Of a DNA stretch of 64,000 nt, positions 11,501 to 24,600 are shown one piece after another. The position numbers and the translations under genes are program-made. Under the pieces are notes generated by a model that saw only the letters and a list, made by a program, of their open reading frames with translations, did not search any database and was not told where the DNA came from. Source of the DNA: the human T2T-CHM13v2.0 reference genome, Homo sapiens; the NCBI RefSeq assembly GCF_009914755.1, contig NC_060947.1. The stretch is one strand, 5' to 3'. How positions within the stretch are numbered: position 1 is the first letter of the stretch; the number at the start of each line of letters is the position of its first letter.

Positions 11501-13809
11501 CTGAGAATGCTTCTATGTCGTTTTTAGGAGAAGATATTTCCTTTTCCAACACAGTCCTCCAAGCCCGCTAAATAGCCACTTGCACATTGTAGAAAAAGTG
11601 TGTCAAAGCTGCGCTATCAAAGGGAAAGTTCAACTCTGTGAGGTGAATGCAAACATCCCAAAGAAGTTTCTGAGAATGCTTCCGTTTAGCTTTTAGGTGA
11701 AGATTATCCCGTTTCCAACGAAACCTTCAAAGAGGTCCAAATATCCCCTTGCGGATCCCACAGAAAGAGTGTTTCGAAACTGCTGTTTCAAAAGGAATCT
11801 TCAACTCTGTGAGTTGAATGCAATCATCACAAAGAAGTTTCTGACAATGCTTCTCTCTCGTCTTTCTGTGAAGATAAAGGAAAAGGCTTTCAGGCCTTTT
11901 CCACCACAGGCCTGAAAGCGCTCCAAATGTCCACTTGCAGATTCTGCCAAAAGAATATTTCAAAACTGCTCTATGAAAAGCAATGTTAAACTCTGTGGCT
12001 CGAACACAAACATCACAAAGCGGTTTCTGAGAATGCTTCAGTTTAGTTTTTCTGTGGAAATATTCCCGTTTCCAAAGAAATCTTCAAAGAGGTCCACGTA
12101 TCCACTTACAGATTCTACAAAAAGACAGTTTCAAAACTGCTCCATCAAAAGGAGGGTTCAACTGTGTGACTTGAATGCAATCATCACTCAGAAGTTTCTG
12201 AGAATGCTTCTCTTTAGTTTTTACGTGAACATATACCCGTTTCGAACGAAGGCCACCCAGTGGTCCAAATATCCACTTGCAGATTCTACAGAAAGAGTGT
12301 TTCGAACCTGAACTCTCAAAGGCAGGTTCATCTCTGCGAGTTAAATGCATTCATCATGAAGAACTTTCTCAGAGTATTTGTGTTTAGTTATGGGAAATTA
12401 TTCCCGTTTCCAAAGAAATCCTCAGAGAGCTCCAAATATCCACCTGCAGATTCTACCAAAAGTGTATTTGGAAACTGCTCCATCAAAAGGCATGTTCAGC
12501 TCTGTGAGTGAAACTCCATCATCACAAAGAATATTCTGAGAATGCTTCCGTTTGCCTTTTATATGAAGTTCCTTCCTGTACTACCGTAGGCCTCAAAGCA
12601 GTCCAAATCTCCATTTGCAGATTCTACAAAAAGAGTGATTCCAATCTGCTCTATCAATAGGATTGTTCAACTCCATGAGTTGAATGCCATCCTCACAAAG
12701 TAGTTTCTGAGAATGCTTCTATCTGGTTTTTGTGTGAAGATATTTCCTTTTCCACCACAGGCCTCAAAGCCCTCCAAACGTCCACTTGCAGATTCTCGAA
12801 AAAGAGTGTTTCATAGCTGCTCTTTCAAAAGGAAAGTTCAACTCTGGGAGTTGAATACAAACATCACAAAATAGTTTCCGAGAATGCTTCAGTTTAGTTT
12901 TTATGTGAAGATGATCCCGTTTCCAGTGAAATCTTCAAAGAGGTCCACATATCCCCTTGCAGATTCCAAAGAAAGAGGGTTTCAAAACTGCTCCATCAGA
13001 AGGATTGTTCAACTCTGTGAGTTGAATGCAGTCATCGCAGAAAACTTTCTGAGAATGCTTCTGTCTAGGTTTGATGTGAAGATATAGATGTTTCAAACGA
13101 AGGCTACAAAGTGGTCAAAATATACACTTGCAGATTCTACTACAAGGGTGTTGCAAACCTGAACTATCAAAGGAAGGTTCAACTCTGTGAGTTGAATACA
13201 AACATCACAAAGAATGTTCTGAGTTTGCTTCCGTTCAGTTATGGGAAGTTGATCCCGTTTCCAACGAAATCCTCAGAGAGGTCCAAATATCCCCTTGCAG
13301 ATTCTACAAAACGTGTGTTTGGAAACTGCTCCATCATAACGAATGTTCAGCTCCCTGAGTTAAACTCCATCGTCACAAAGAATTTTCTGAGAGTGCTACC
13401 GTCTGGTTTTTATATGAAGTTCTTTCCTTCACTACCACAGGCCTCAAAGCGGTCCAAATCTCCACTTGCAGATTCTACAAAAAGAGTGTTTGCAAACTGC
13501 TCTATCAAAAGGAATGTTCAACTCTGGGAGTTGAATGCAATCATCACAGAGCAGTTTCTGAGAATGCTTCTATGTCGTTTTTAGGAGAAGATATTTCCTT
13601 TTCCAACACAATCCTCCAAGCCCGCTAAATAGCCACTTGCACATTGTAGAAAAAGTGTGTCAAAGCTGCGCTATCAAAGGGAAAGTTCAACTCTGTGAGG
13701 TGAATGCAAACATCCCAAAGAAGTTTCTGAGAATGCTTCCGTTTAGCTTTTAGGTGAAGATTATCCCGTTTCCAACGAAACCTTCAAAGAGGTCCAAATA
13801 TCCCCTTGC

Positions 13810-15695
13810 GGATCCCACAGAAAGAGTGTTTCGAAACTGCTGTTTCAAAAGGAATCTTCAACTCTGTGAGTTGAATGCAATCATCACAAAGAAGTTTCTG
13901 ACAATGCTTCTCTCTCGTCTTTCTGTGAAGATAAAGGAAAAGGCTTTCAGGCCTTTTCCACCACAGGCCTGAAAGCGCTCCAAATGTCCACTTGCAGATT
14001 CTGCCAAAAGAATATTTCAAAACTGCTCTATGAAAAGCAATGTTAAACTCTGTGGCTGGAACACAAACATCACAAAGCGGTTTCTGAGAATGTTTCAGTT
14101 TAGTTTTTCTGTGGAAATATTCCCGTTTCCAAAGAAATCTTCAAAGAGGTCCACGTATCCACTTACAGATTCTACAAAAAGACAGTTTCAAAACTGCTCC
14201 ATCAAAAGGAGGGTTCAACTGTGTGACTTGAATGCAATCATCACTCAGAAGTTTCTGAGAATGCTTCTCTTTAGTTTTTACGTGAACATATACCCGTTTC
14301 GAACGAAGGCCACCCAGTGGTCCAAATATCCACTTGCAGATTATACAGAAAGAGTGTTTCGAACCTGAACTCTCAAAGGCAGGTTCATCTCTGCGAGTTA
14401 AATGCATTCATCATGAAGAACTTTCTCAGAGTGTTTGTGTTTAGTTATGGGAAATTATTCCCGTTTCCAACGAAATCCTCAGAGAGCTCCAAATATCCAC
14501 CTGCAGATTCTACCAAAAGTGTATTTGGAAACTGCTCCATCAAAAGGCATGTTCAGCTCTGTGAGTGAAACTCCATCATCACAAAGAATATTCTGAGAAT
14601 GCTTCCGTTTGCCTTTTATATGAAGTTCCTTCCTGTACTACCGTAGGCCTCAAAGCAGTCCAAATCTCCATTTGCAGATTCTACAAAAAGAGTGATTCCA
14701 ATCTGCTCTATCAATAGGATTGTTCAACTCCATGAGTTGAATGCCATCCTCACAAAGTAGTTTCCGAGAATGCTTCTGTTTAGTTTTTATGTGAAGATGA
14801 TCCCGTTTCCAGTGAAATCTTCAAAGAGGTCCACATATCCCCTTGCAGATTCCAAAGAAAGAGGGTTTCAAAACTGCTCCATCAGAAGGATTGTTCAACT
14901 CTGTGAGTTGAATGCAGTCATCGCAGAAAACTTTCTGAGAATGCTTCTGTCTAGGTTTGATGTGAAGATATAGATGTTTCAAACGAAGGCTACAAAGTGG
15001 TCAAAATATACACTTGCAGATTCTACTACAAGGGTGTTGCAAACCTGAACTATCAAAGGAAGGTTCAACTCTGTGAGTTGAATACAAACATCACAAAGAA
15101 TGTTCTGAGTTTGCTTCCGTTCAGTTATGGGAAGTTGATCCCGTTTCCAACGAAATCCTCAGAGAGGTCCAAATATCCCCTTGCAGATTCTACAAAACGT
15201 GTGTTTGGAAACTGCTCCATCATAACGAATGTTCAGCTCCCTGAGTTAAACTCCATCGTCACAAAGAATTTTCTGAGAGTGCTACCGTCTGGTTTTTATA
15301 TGAAGTTCTTTCCTTCACTACCACAGGCCTCAAAGCGGTCCAAATCTCCACTTGCAGATTCTACAAAAAGAGTGTTTGCAAACTGCTCTATCAAAAGGAA
15401 TGTTCAACTCTGGGAGTTGAATGCAATCATCACAGAGCAGTTTCTGAGAATGCTTCTATGTCGTTTTTAGGAGAAGATATTTCCTTTTCCAACACAGTCC
15501 TCCAAGCCCGCTAAATAGCCACTTGCACATTGTAGAAAAAGTGTGTCAAAGCTGCGCTATCAAAGGGAAAGTTCAACTCTGTGAGGTGAATGCAAACATC
15601 CCAAAGAAGTTTCTGAGAATGCTTCCGTTTAGCTTTTAGGTGAGGATTATCCCGTTTCCAACGAAACCTTCAAAGAGGTCCAAATATCCCCTTGC
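13810..15695 (-). repeat. Variant 11-mer HOR (1,886 bp; one monomer length deleted, junction at 14750-14764)
   Basis: BamHI sites at 13810 and 15696 are 1,886 bp apart (2,057-171). The junction gccatcc-TCACAAAGTAGTTTC-cgagaatgcttctgttt fuses two neighbouring monomers. Confidence 0.95.
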
Positions 15696-18600
15696 GGATC
15701 CCACAGAAAGAGTGTTTCGAAACTGCTGTTTCAAAAGGAATCTTCAACTCTGTGAGTTGAATGCAATCATCACAAAGAAGTTTCTGACAATGCTTCTCTC
15801 TCGTCTTTCTGTGAAGATAAAGGAAAAGGCTTTCAGGCCTTTTCCACCACAGGCCTGAAAGCGCTCCAAATGTCCACTTGCAGATTCTGCGAAAAGAATA
15901 TTTCAAAACTGCTCTATGAAAAGCAATGTTAAACTCTGTGGCTCGAACACAAACATCACAAAGCAGTTTCTGAGAATGCTTCAGTTTAGTTTTTCTGTGG
16001 AAATATTCCCGTTTCCAAAGAAATCTTCAAAGAGGTCCACGTATCCACTTACAGATTCTACAAAAAGACAGTTTCAAAACTGCTCCATCAAAAGGAGGGT
16101 TCAACTGTGTGACTTCAATGCAATCATCACTCAGAAGTTTCTGAGAATGCTTCTCTTTAGTTTTTACGTGAACATATACCCGTTTCGAACGAAGGCCACC
16201 CAGTGGTCCAAATATCCACTTGCAGATTCTACAGAAAGAGTGTTTCGAACCTGAACTCTCAAAGGCAGGTTCATCTCTGCGAGTTAAATGCATTCATCAT
16301 GAAGAACTTTCTCAGAGTATTTGTGTTTAGTTATGGGAAATTATTCCCGTTTCCAAAGAAATCCTCAGAGAGCTCCAAATATCCACCTGCAGATTCTACC
16401 AAAAGTGTATTTGGAAACTGCTCCATCAAAAGGCATGTTCAGCTCTGTGAGTGAAACTCCATCATCACAAAGAATATTCTGAGAATGCTTCCGTTTGCCT
16501 TTTATATGAAGTTCCTTCCTGTACTACCGTAGGCCTCAAAGCAGTCCAAATCTCCATTTGCAGATTCTACAAAAAGAGTGATTCCAATCTGCTCTATCAA
16601 TAGGATTGTTCAACTCCATGAGTTGAATGCCATCCTCACAAAGTAGTTTCTGAGAATGCTTCTATCTGGTTTTTGTGTGAAGATATTTCCTTTTCCACCA
16701 CAGGCCTCAAAGCCCTCCAAACGTCCACTTGCAGATTCTCGAAAAAGAGTGTTTCATAGCTGCTCTTTCAAAAGGAAAGTTCAACTCTGGGAGTTGAATA
16801 CAAACATCACAAAATAGTTTCCGAGAATGCTTCAGTTTAGTTTTTATGTGAAGATGATCCCGTTTCCAGTGAAATCTTCAAAGAGGTCCACATATCACCT
16901 TGCAGATTCCAAAGAAAGAGGGTTTCAAAACTGCTCCATCAGAAGGATTGTTCAACTCTGTGAGTTGAATGCAGTCATCGCAGAAAACTTTCTGAGAATG
17001 CTTCTGTCTAGGTTTGATGTGAAGATATAGATGTTTCAAACGAAGGCTACAAAGTGGTCAAAATATACACTTGCAGATTCTACTACAAGGGTGTTGCAAA
17101 CCTGAACTATCAAAGGAAGGTTCAACTCTGTGAGTTGAATACAAACATCACAAAGAATGTTCTGAGTTTGCTTCCGTTCAGTTATGGGAAGTTGATCCCG
17201 TTTCCAACGAAATCCTCAGAGAGGTCCAAATATCCCCTTGCAGATTCTACAAAACGTGGGTTTGGAAACTGCTCCATCATAACGAATGTTCAGCTCCCTG
17301 AGTTAAACTCCATCGTCACAAAGAATTTTCTGAGAGTGCTACCGTCTGGTTTTTATATGAAGTTCTTTCCTTCACTACCACAGGCCTCAAAGCGGTCCAA
17401 ATCTCCACTTGCAGATTCTACAAAAAGAGTGTTTGCAAACTGCTCTATCAAAAGGAATGTTCAACTCTGGGAGTTGAATGCAATCATCACAGAGCAGTTT
17501 CTGAGAATGCTTCTATGTCGTTTTTAGGAGAAGATATTTCCTTTTCCAACACAATCCTCCAAGCCCGCTAAATAGCCACTTGCACATTGTAGAAAAAGTG
17601 TGTCAAAGCTGCGCTATCAAAGGGAAAGTTCAACTCTGTGAGGTGAATGCAAACATCCCAAAGAAGTTTCTGAGAATGCTTCCGTTTAGCTTTTAGGTGA
17701 AGATTATCCCGTTTCCAACGAAACCTTCAAAGAGGTCCAAATATCCCCTTGCGGATCCCACAGAAAGAGTGTTTCGAAACTGCTGTTTCAAAAGGAATCT
17801 TCAACTCTGTGAGTTGAATGCAATCATCACAAAGAAGTTTCTGACAATGCTTCTCTCTCGTCTTTCTGTGAAGATAAAGGAAAAGGCTTTCAGGCCTTTT
17901 CCACCACAGGCCTGAAAGCGCTCCAAATGTCCACTTGCAGATTCTGCCAAAAGAATATTTCAAAACTGCTCTATGAAAAGCAATGTTAAACTCTGTGGCT
18001 GGAACACAAACATCACAAAGCGGTTTCTGAGAATGTTTCAGTTTAGTTTTTCTGTGGAAATATTCCCGTTTCCAAAGAAATCTTCAAAGAGGTCCACGTA
18101 TCCACTTACAGATTCTACAAAAAGACAGTTTCAAAACTGCTCCATCAAAAGGACGGTTCAACTGTGTGACTTGAATGCAATCATCACTCAGAAGTTTCTG
18201 AGAATGCTTCTCTTTAGTTTTTACGTGAACATATACCCGTTTCGAACGAAGGCCACCCAGTGGTCCAAATATCCACTTGCAGATTATACAGAAAGAGTGT
18301 TTCGAACCTGAACTCTCAAAGGCAGGTTCATCTCTGCGAGTTAAATGCATTCATCATGAAGAACTTTCTCAGAGTGTTTGTGTTTAGTTATGGGAAATTA
18401 TTCCCGTTTCCAACGAAATCCTCAGAGAGCTCCAAATATCCACCTGCAGATTCTACCAAAAGTGTATTTGGAAACTGCTCCATCAAAAGGCATGTTCAGC
18501 TCTGTGAGTGAAACTCCATCATCACAAAGAATATTCTGAGAATGCTTCCGTTTGCCTTTTATATGAAGTTCCTTCCTGTACTACCGTAGGCCTCAAAGCA

Positions 18601-21600
18601 GTCCAAATCTCCATTTGCAGATTCTACAAAAAGAGTGATTCCAATCTGCTCTATCAATAGGATTGTTCAACTCCATGAGTTGAATGCCATCCTCACAAAG
18701 TAGTTTCTGAGAATGCTTCTATCTGGTTTTTGTGTGAAGATATTTCCTTTTCCACCACAGGCCTCAAAGCCCTCCAAACGTCCACTTGCAGATTCTCGAA
18801 AAAGAGTGTTTCATAGCTGCTCTTTCAAAAGGAAAGTTCAACTCTGGGAGTTGAATGCAAACATCACAAAATAGTTTCCGAGAATGCTTCTGTTTAGTTT
18901 TTATGTGAAGATGATCCCGTTTCCAGTGAAATCTTCAAAGAGGTCCACATATCCCCTTGCAGATTCCAAAGAAAGAGGGTTTCAAAACTGCTCCATCAGA
19001 AGGATTGTTCAACTCTGTGAGTTGAATGCAGTCATCGCAGAAAACTTTCTGAGAATGCTTCTGTCTAGGTTTGATGTGAAGATATAGACGTTTCAAACGA
19101 AGGCTACAAAGTGGTCAAAATATACACTTGCAGATTCTACTACAAGGGTGTTGCAAACCTGAACTATCAAAGGAAGGTTCAACTCTGTGAGTTGAATACA
19201 AACATCACAAAGAATGTTCTGAGTTTGCTTCCGTTCAGTTATGGGAAGTTGATCCCGTTTCCAACGAAATCCTCAGAGAGGTCCAAATATCCCCTCGCAG
19301 ATTCTACAAAACGTGTGTTTGGAAACTGCTCCATCATAACGAATGTTCAGCTCCCTGAGTTAAACTCCATCGTCACAAAGAATTTTCTGAGAGTGCTACC
19401 GTCTGGTTTTTATATGAAGTTCTTTCCTTCACTACCACAGGCCTCAAAGCGGTCCAAATCTCCACTTGCAGATTCTACAAAAAGAGTGTTTGCAAACTGC
19501 TCTATCAAAAGGAATGTTCAACTCTGGGAGTTGAATGCAATCATCACAGAGCAGTTTCTGAGAATGCTTCTATGTCGTTTTTAGGAGAAGATATTTCCTT
19601 TTCCAACACAGTCCTCCAAGCCCGCTAAATAGCCACTTGCACATTGTAGAAAAAGTGTGTCAAAGCTGCGCTATCAAAGGGAAAGTTCAACTCTGTGAGG
19701 TGAATGCAAACATCCCAAAGAAGTTTCTGAGAATGCTTCCGTTTAGCTTTTAGGTGAAGATTATCCCGTTTCCAACGAAACCTTCAAAGAGGTCCAAATA
19801 TCCCCTTGCGGATCCCACAGAAAGAGTGTTTCGAAACTGCTGTTTCAAAAGGAATCTTCAACTCTGTGAGTTGAATGCAATCATCACAAAGAAGTTTCTG
19901 ACAATGCTTCTCTCTCGTCTTTCTGTGAAGATAAAGGAAAAGGCTTTCAGGCCTTTTCCACCACAGGCCTGAAAGCGCTCCAAATGTCCACTTGCAGATT
20001 CTGCCAAAAGAATATTTCAAAACTGCTCTATGAAAAGCAATGTTAACCTCTGCGGCTCGAACACAAACATCACAAAGCGGTTTCTGAGAATGCTTCAGTT
20101 TAGTTTTTCTGTGGAAATATTCCCGTTTCCAAAGAAATCTTCAAAGAGGTCCACGTATCCACTTACAGATTCTACAAAAAGACAGTTTCAAAACTGCTCC
20201 ATCAAAAGGAGGGTTCAACTGTGTGACTTGAATGCAATCATCACTCAGAAGTTTCTGAGAATGCTTCTCTTTAGTTTTTACGTGAACATATACCCGTTTC
20301 GAACGAAGGCCACCCAGTGGTCCAAATATCCACTTGCAGATTATACAGAAAGAGTGTTTCGAACCTGAACTCTCAAAGGCAGGTTCATCTCTGCGAGTTA
20401 AATGCATTCATCATGAAGAACTTTCTCAGCGTGTTTGTGTTTAGTTATGGGAAATTATTCCCGTTTCCAACGAAATCCTCAAAGAGCTCCAAATATCCAC
20501 CTGCAGATTCTACCAAAAGTGTATTTGGAAACTGCTCCATCAAAAGGCATGTTCAGCTCTGTGAGTGAAACTCCATCATCACAAAGAATATTCTGAGAAT
20601 GCTTCCGTTTGCCTTTTATATGAAGTTCCTTCCTATACGACCGTAGGCCTCAAAGCAGTCCAAATCTCCATTTGCAGATTCTACAAAAAGAGTGATTCCA
20701 ATCTGCTCTATCAATAGGATTGTTCAACTCCATGAGTTGAATGCCATCCTCACAAAGTAGTTTCTGAGAATGCTTCTATCTAGTTTTTATGTGAAGATAT
20801 TTCCTTTTCCACCACAGGCCTCAAAGCCCTCCAAACGTCCACTTGCAGATTCTCGAAAAAGAGTGTTTCATAGCTGCTCTTTCAAAAGGAAAGTTCACCT
20901 CTGGCAGTTGAATACAAACATCACAAAGTAGTTTCCGAGAATGCTTCTGTTTAGTTTTTATGTGAAGATGATCCCGTTTCCAGTGAAATCTTCAAAGAGG
21001 TCCACATATCCCCTTGCAGATTCCAAAGAAAGAGGGTTTCAAAACTGCTCCATCAGAAGGATTGTTCAACTCTGTGAGTTGAATGCAGTCATCGCAGAAA
21101 ACTTTCTGAGAATGCTTCTGTCTAGGTTTGATGTGAAGATATAGACGTTTCAAACGAAGGCTACAAAGTGGTCAAAATATACACTTGCAGATTCTACTAC
21201 AAGGGTGTTGCAAACCTGAACTATCAAAGGAAGGTTCAACTCTGTGAGTTGAATGCAAACATCACAAAGAATGTTCTGAGTTTGCTTCCGTTCAGTTATG
21301 GGAAGTTGATCCCGTTTCCAACGAAATCCTCAGAGAGGTCCAAATATCCCCTTGCAGATTCTACAAAACGTGTGTTTGGAAACTGCTCCATCATAACGAA
21401 TGTTCAGCTCCCTGAGTTAAACTCCATCGTCACAAAGAATTTTCTGAGAGTGCTACCGTCTGGTTTTTATATGAAGTTCTTTCCTTCACTACCACAGGCC
21501 TCAAAGCGGTCCAAATCTCCACTTGCAGATTCTACAAAAAGAGTGTTTGCAAACTGCTCTATCAAAAGGAATGTTCAACTCTGGGAGTTGAATGCAATCA

Positions 21601-24600
21601 TCACAGAGCAGTTTCTGAGAATGCTTCTATGTCGTTTTTAGGAGAAGATATTTCCTTTTCCAACACAATCCTCCAAGCCCGCTAAATAGCCACTTGCACA
21701 TTGTAGAAAAAGTGTGTCAAAGCTGCGCTATCAAAGGGAAAGTTCAACTCTGTGAGGTGAATGCAAACATCCCAAAGAAGTTTCTGAGAATGCTTCCGTT
21801 TAGCTTTTAGGTGAAGATTATCCCGTTTCCAACGAAACCTTCAAAGAGGTCCAAATATCCCCTTGCGGATCCCACAGAAAGAGTGTTTCGAAACTGCTGT
21901 TTCAAAAGGAATCTTCAACTCTGTGAGTTGAATGCAATCATCACAAAGAAGTTTCTGACAATGCTTCTCTCTCGTCTTTCTGTGAAGATAAAGGAAAAGG
22001 CTTTCAGGCCTTTGCCACCACAGGCCTGAAAGCGCTCCAAATGTCCACTTGCAGATTCTGCCAAAAGAATATTTCAAAACTGCTCTATGAAAAGCAATGT
22101 TAAACTCTGTGGCTGGAACACAAACATCACAAAGCGGTTTCTGAGAATGTTTCAGTTTAGTTTTTCTGTGGAAATATTCCCGTTTCCAAAGAAATCTTCA
22201 AAGAGGTCCACGTATCCACTTACAGATTCTACAAAAAGACAGTTTCAAAACTGCTCCATCAAAAGGAGGGTTCAACTGTGTGACTTGAATGCAATCATCA
22301 CTCAGAAGTTTCTGAGAATGCTTCTCTTTAGTTTTTACGTGAACATATACCCGTTTCGAACGAAGGCCACCCAGTGGTCCAAATATCCACTTGCAGATTA
22401 TACAGAAAGAGTGTTTCGAACCTGAACTCTCAAAGGCAGGTTCATCTCTGCGAGTTAAATGCATTCATCATGAAGAACTTTCTCAGAGTGTTTGTGTTTA
22501 GTTATGGGAAATTATTCCCGTTTCCAACGAAATCCTCAGAGAGCTCCAAATATCCACCTGCAGATTCTACCAAAAGTGTATTTGGAAACTGCTCCATCAA
22601 AAGGCATGTTCAGCTCTGTCAGTGAAACTCCATCATCACAAAGAATATTCTGAGAATGCTTCCGTTTGCCTTTTATATGAAGTTCCTTCCTGTACTACCG
22701 TAGGCCTCAAAGCAGTCCAAATCTCCATTTGCAGATTCTACAAAAAGAGTGATTCCAATCTGCTCTATCAATAGGATTGTTCAACTCCATGAGTTGAATG
22801 CCATCCTCACAAAGTCGTTTCTGAGAATGCTTCTATCTGGTTTTTGTGTGAAGATATTTCCTTTTCCACCACAGGCCTCAAAGCCCTCCAAACGTCCACT
22901 TGCAGATTCTCGAAAAAGAGTGTTTCATAGCTGCTCTTTCAAAAGGAAAGTTCAACTCTGGGAGTTGAATGCAAACATCACAAAATAGTTTCCGAGAATG
23001 CTTCTGTTTAGTTTTTATGTGAAGATGATCCCGTTTCCAGTGAAATCTTCAAAGAGGTCCACATATCCCCTTGCAGATTCCAAAGAAAGAGGGTTTCAAA
23101 ACTGCTCCATCAGAAGGATTGTTCAACTCTGTGAGTTGAATGCAGTCATCGCAGAAAACTTTCTGAGAATGCTTCTGTCTAGGTTTGATGTGAAGATATA
23201 GACGTTTCAAACGAAGGCTACAAAGTGGTCAAAATATACACTTGCAGATTCTACTACAAGGGTGTTGCAAACCTGAACTATCAAAGGAAGGTTCAACTCT
23301 GTGAGTTGAATACAAACATCACAAAGAATGTTCTGAGTTTGCTTCCGTTCAGTTATGGGAAGTTGATCCCGTTTCCAACGAAATCCTCAGAGAGGTCCAA
23401 ATATCCCCTCGCAGATTCTACAAAACGTGTGTTTGGAAACTGCTCCATCATAACGAATGTTCAGCTCCCTGAGTTAAACTCCATCGTCACAAAGAATTTT
23501 CTGAGAGTGCTACCGTCTGGTTTTTATATGAAGTTCTTTCCTTCACTACCACAGGCCTCAAAGCGGTCCAAATCTCCACTTGCAGATTCTACAAAAAGAG
23601 TGTTTGCAAACTGCTCTATCAAAAGGAATGTTCAACTCTGGGAGTTGAATGCAATCATCACAGAGCAGTTTCTGAGAATGCTTCTATGTCGTTTTTAGGA
23701 GAAGATATTTCCTTTTCCAACACAGTCCTCCAAGCCCGCTAAATAGCCACTTGCACATTGTAGAAAAAGTGTGTCAAAGCTGCGCTATCAAAGGGAAAGT
23801 TCAACTCTGTGAGGTGAATGCAAACATCCCAAAGAAGTTTCTGAGAATGCTTCCGTTTAGCTTTTAGGTGAAGATTATCCCGTTTCCAACGAAACCTTCA
23901 AAGAGGTCCAAATATCCCCTTGCGGATCCCACAGAAAGAGTGTTTCGAAACTGCTGTTTCAAAAGGAATCTTCAACTCTGTGAGTTGAATGCAATCATCA
24001 CAAAGAAGTTTCTGACAATGCTTCTCTCTCGTCTTTCTGTGAAGATAAAGGAAAAGGCTTTCAGGCCTTTGCCACCACAGGCCTGAAAGCGCTCCAAATG
24101 TCCACTTGCAGATTCTGCGAAAAGAATATTTCAAAACTGCTCTATGAAAAGCAATGTTAAACTCTGTGGCTGGAACACAAACATCACAAAGCGGTTTCTG
24201 AGAATGTTTCAGTTTAGTTTTTCTGTGGAAATATTCCCGTTTCCAAAGAAATCTTCAAAGAGGTCCACGTATCCACTTACAGATTCTACAAAAAGACAGT
24301 TTCAAAACTGCTCCATCAAAAGGAGGGTTCAACTGTGTGACTTGAATGCAATCATCACTCAGAAGTTTCTGAGAACGCTTCTCTTTAGTTTTTACGTGAA
24401 CATATACCCGTTTCGAACGAAGGCCACCCAGTGGTCCAAATATCCACTTGCAGATTCTACAGAAAGAGTGTTTCGAACCTGAACTCTCAAAGGCAGGTTC
24501 ATCTCTGCGAGTTAAATGCATTCATCATGAAGAACTTTCTCAGAGTATTTGTGTTTAGTTATGGGAAATTATTCCCGTTTCCAAAGAAATCCTCAGAGAG

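Noticed and set aside
8770-16827. Exact 6,000-bp offsets between some HORs
   Set aside because: Arithmetic coincidence: 2x2,057 + 1,886 = 6,000.
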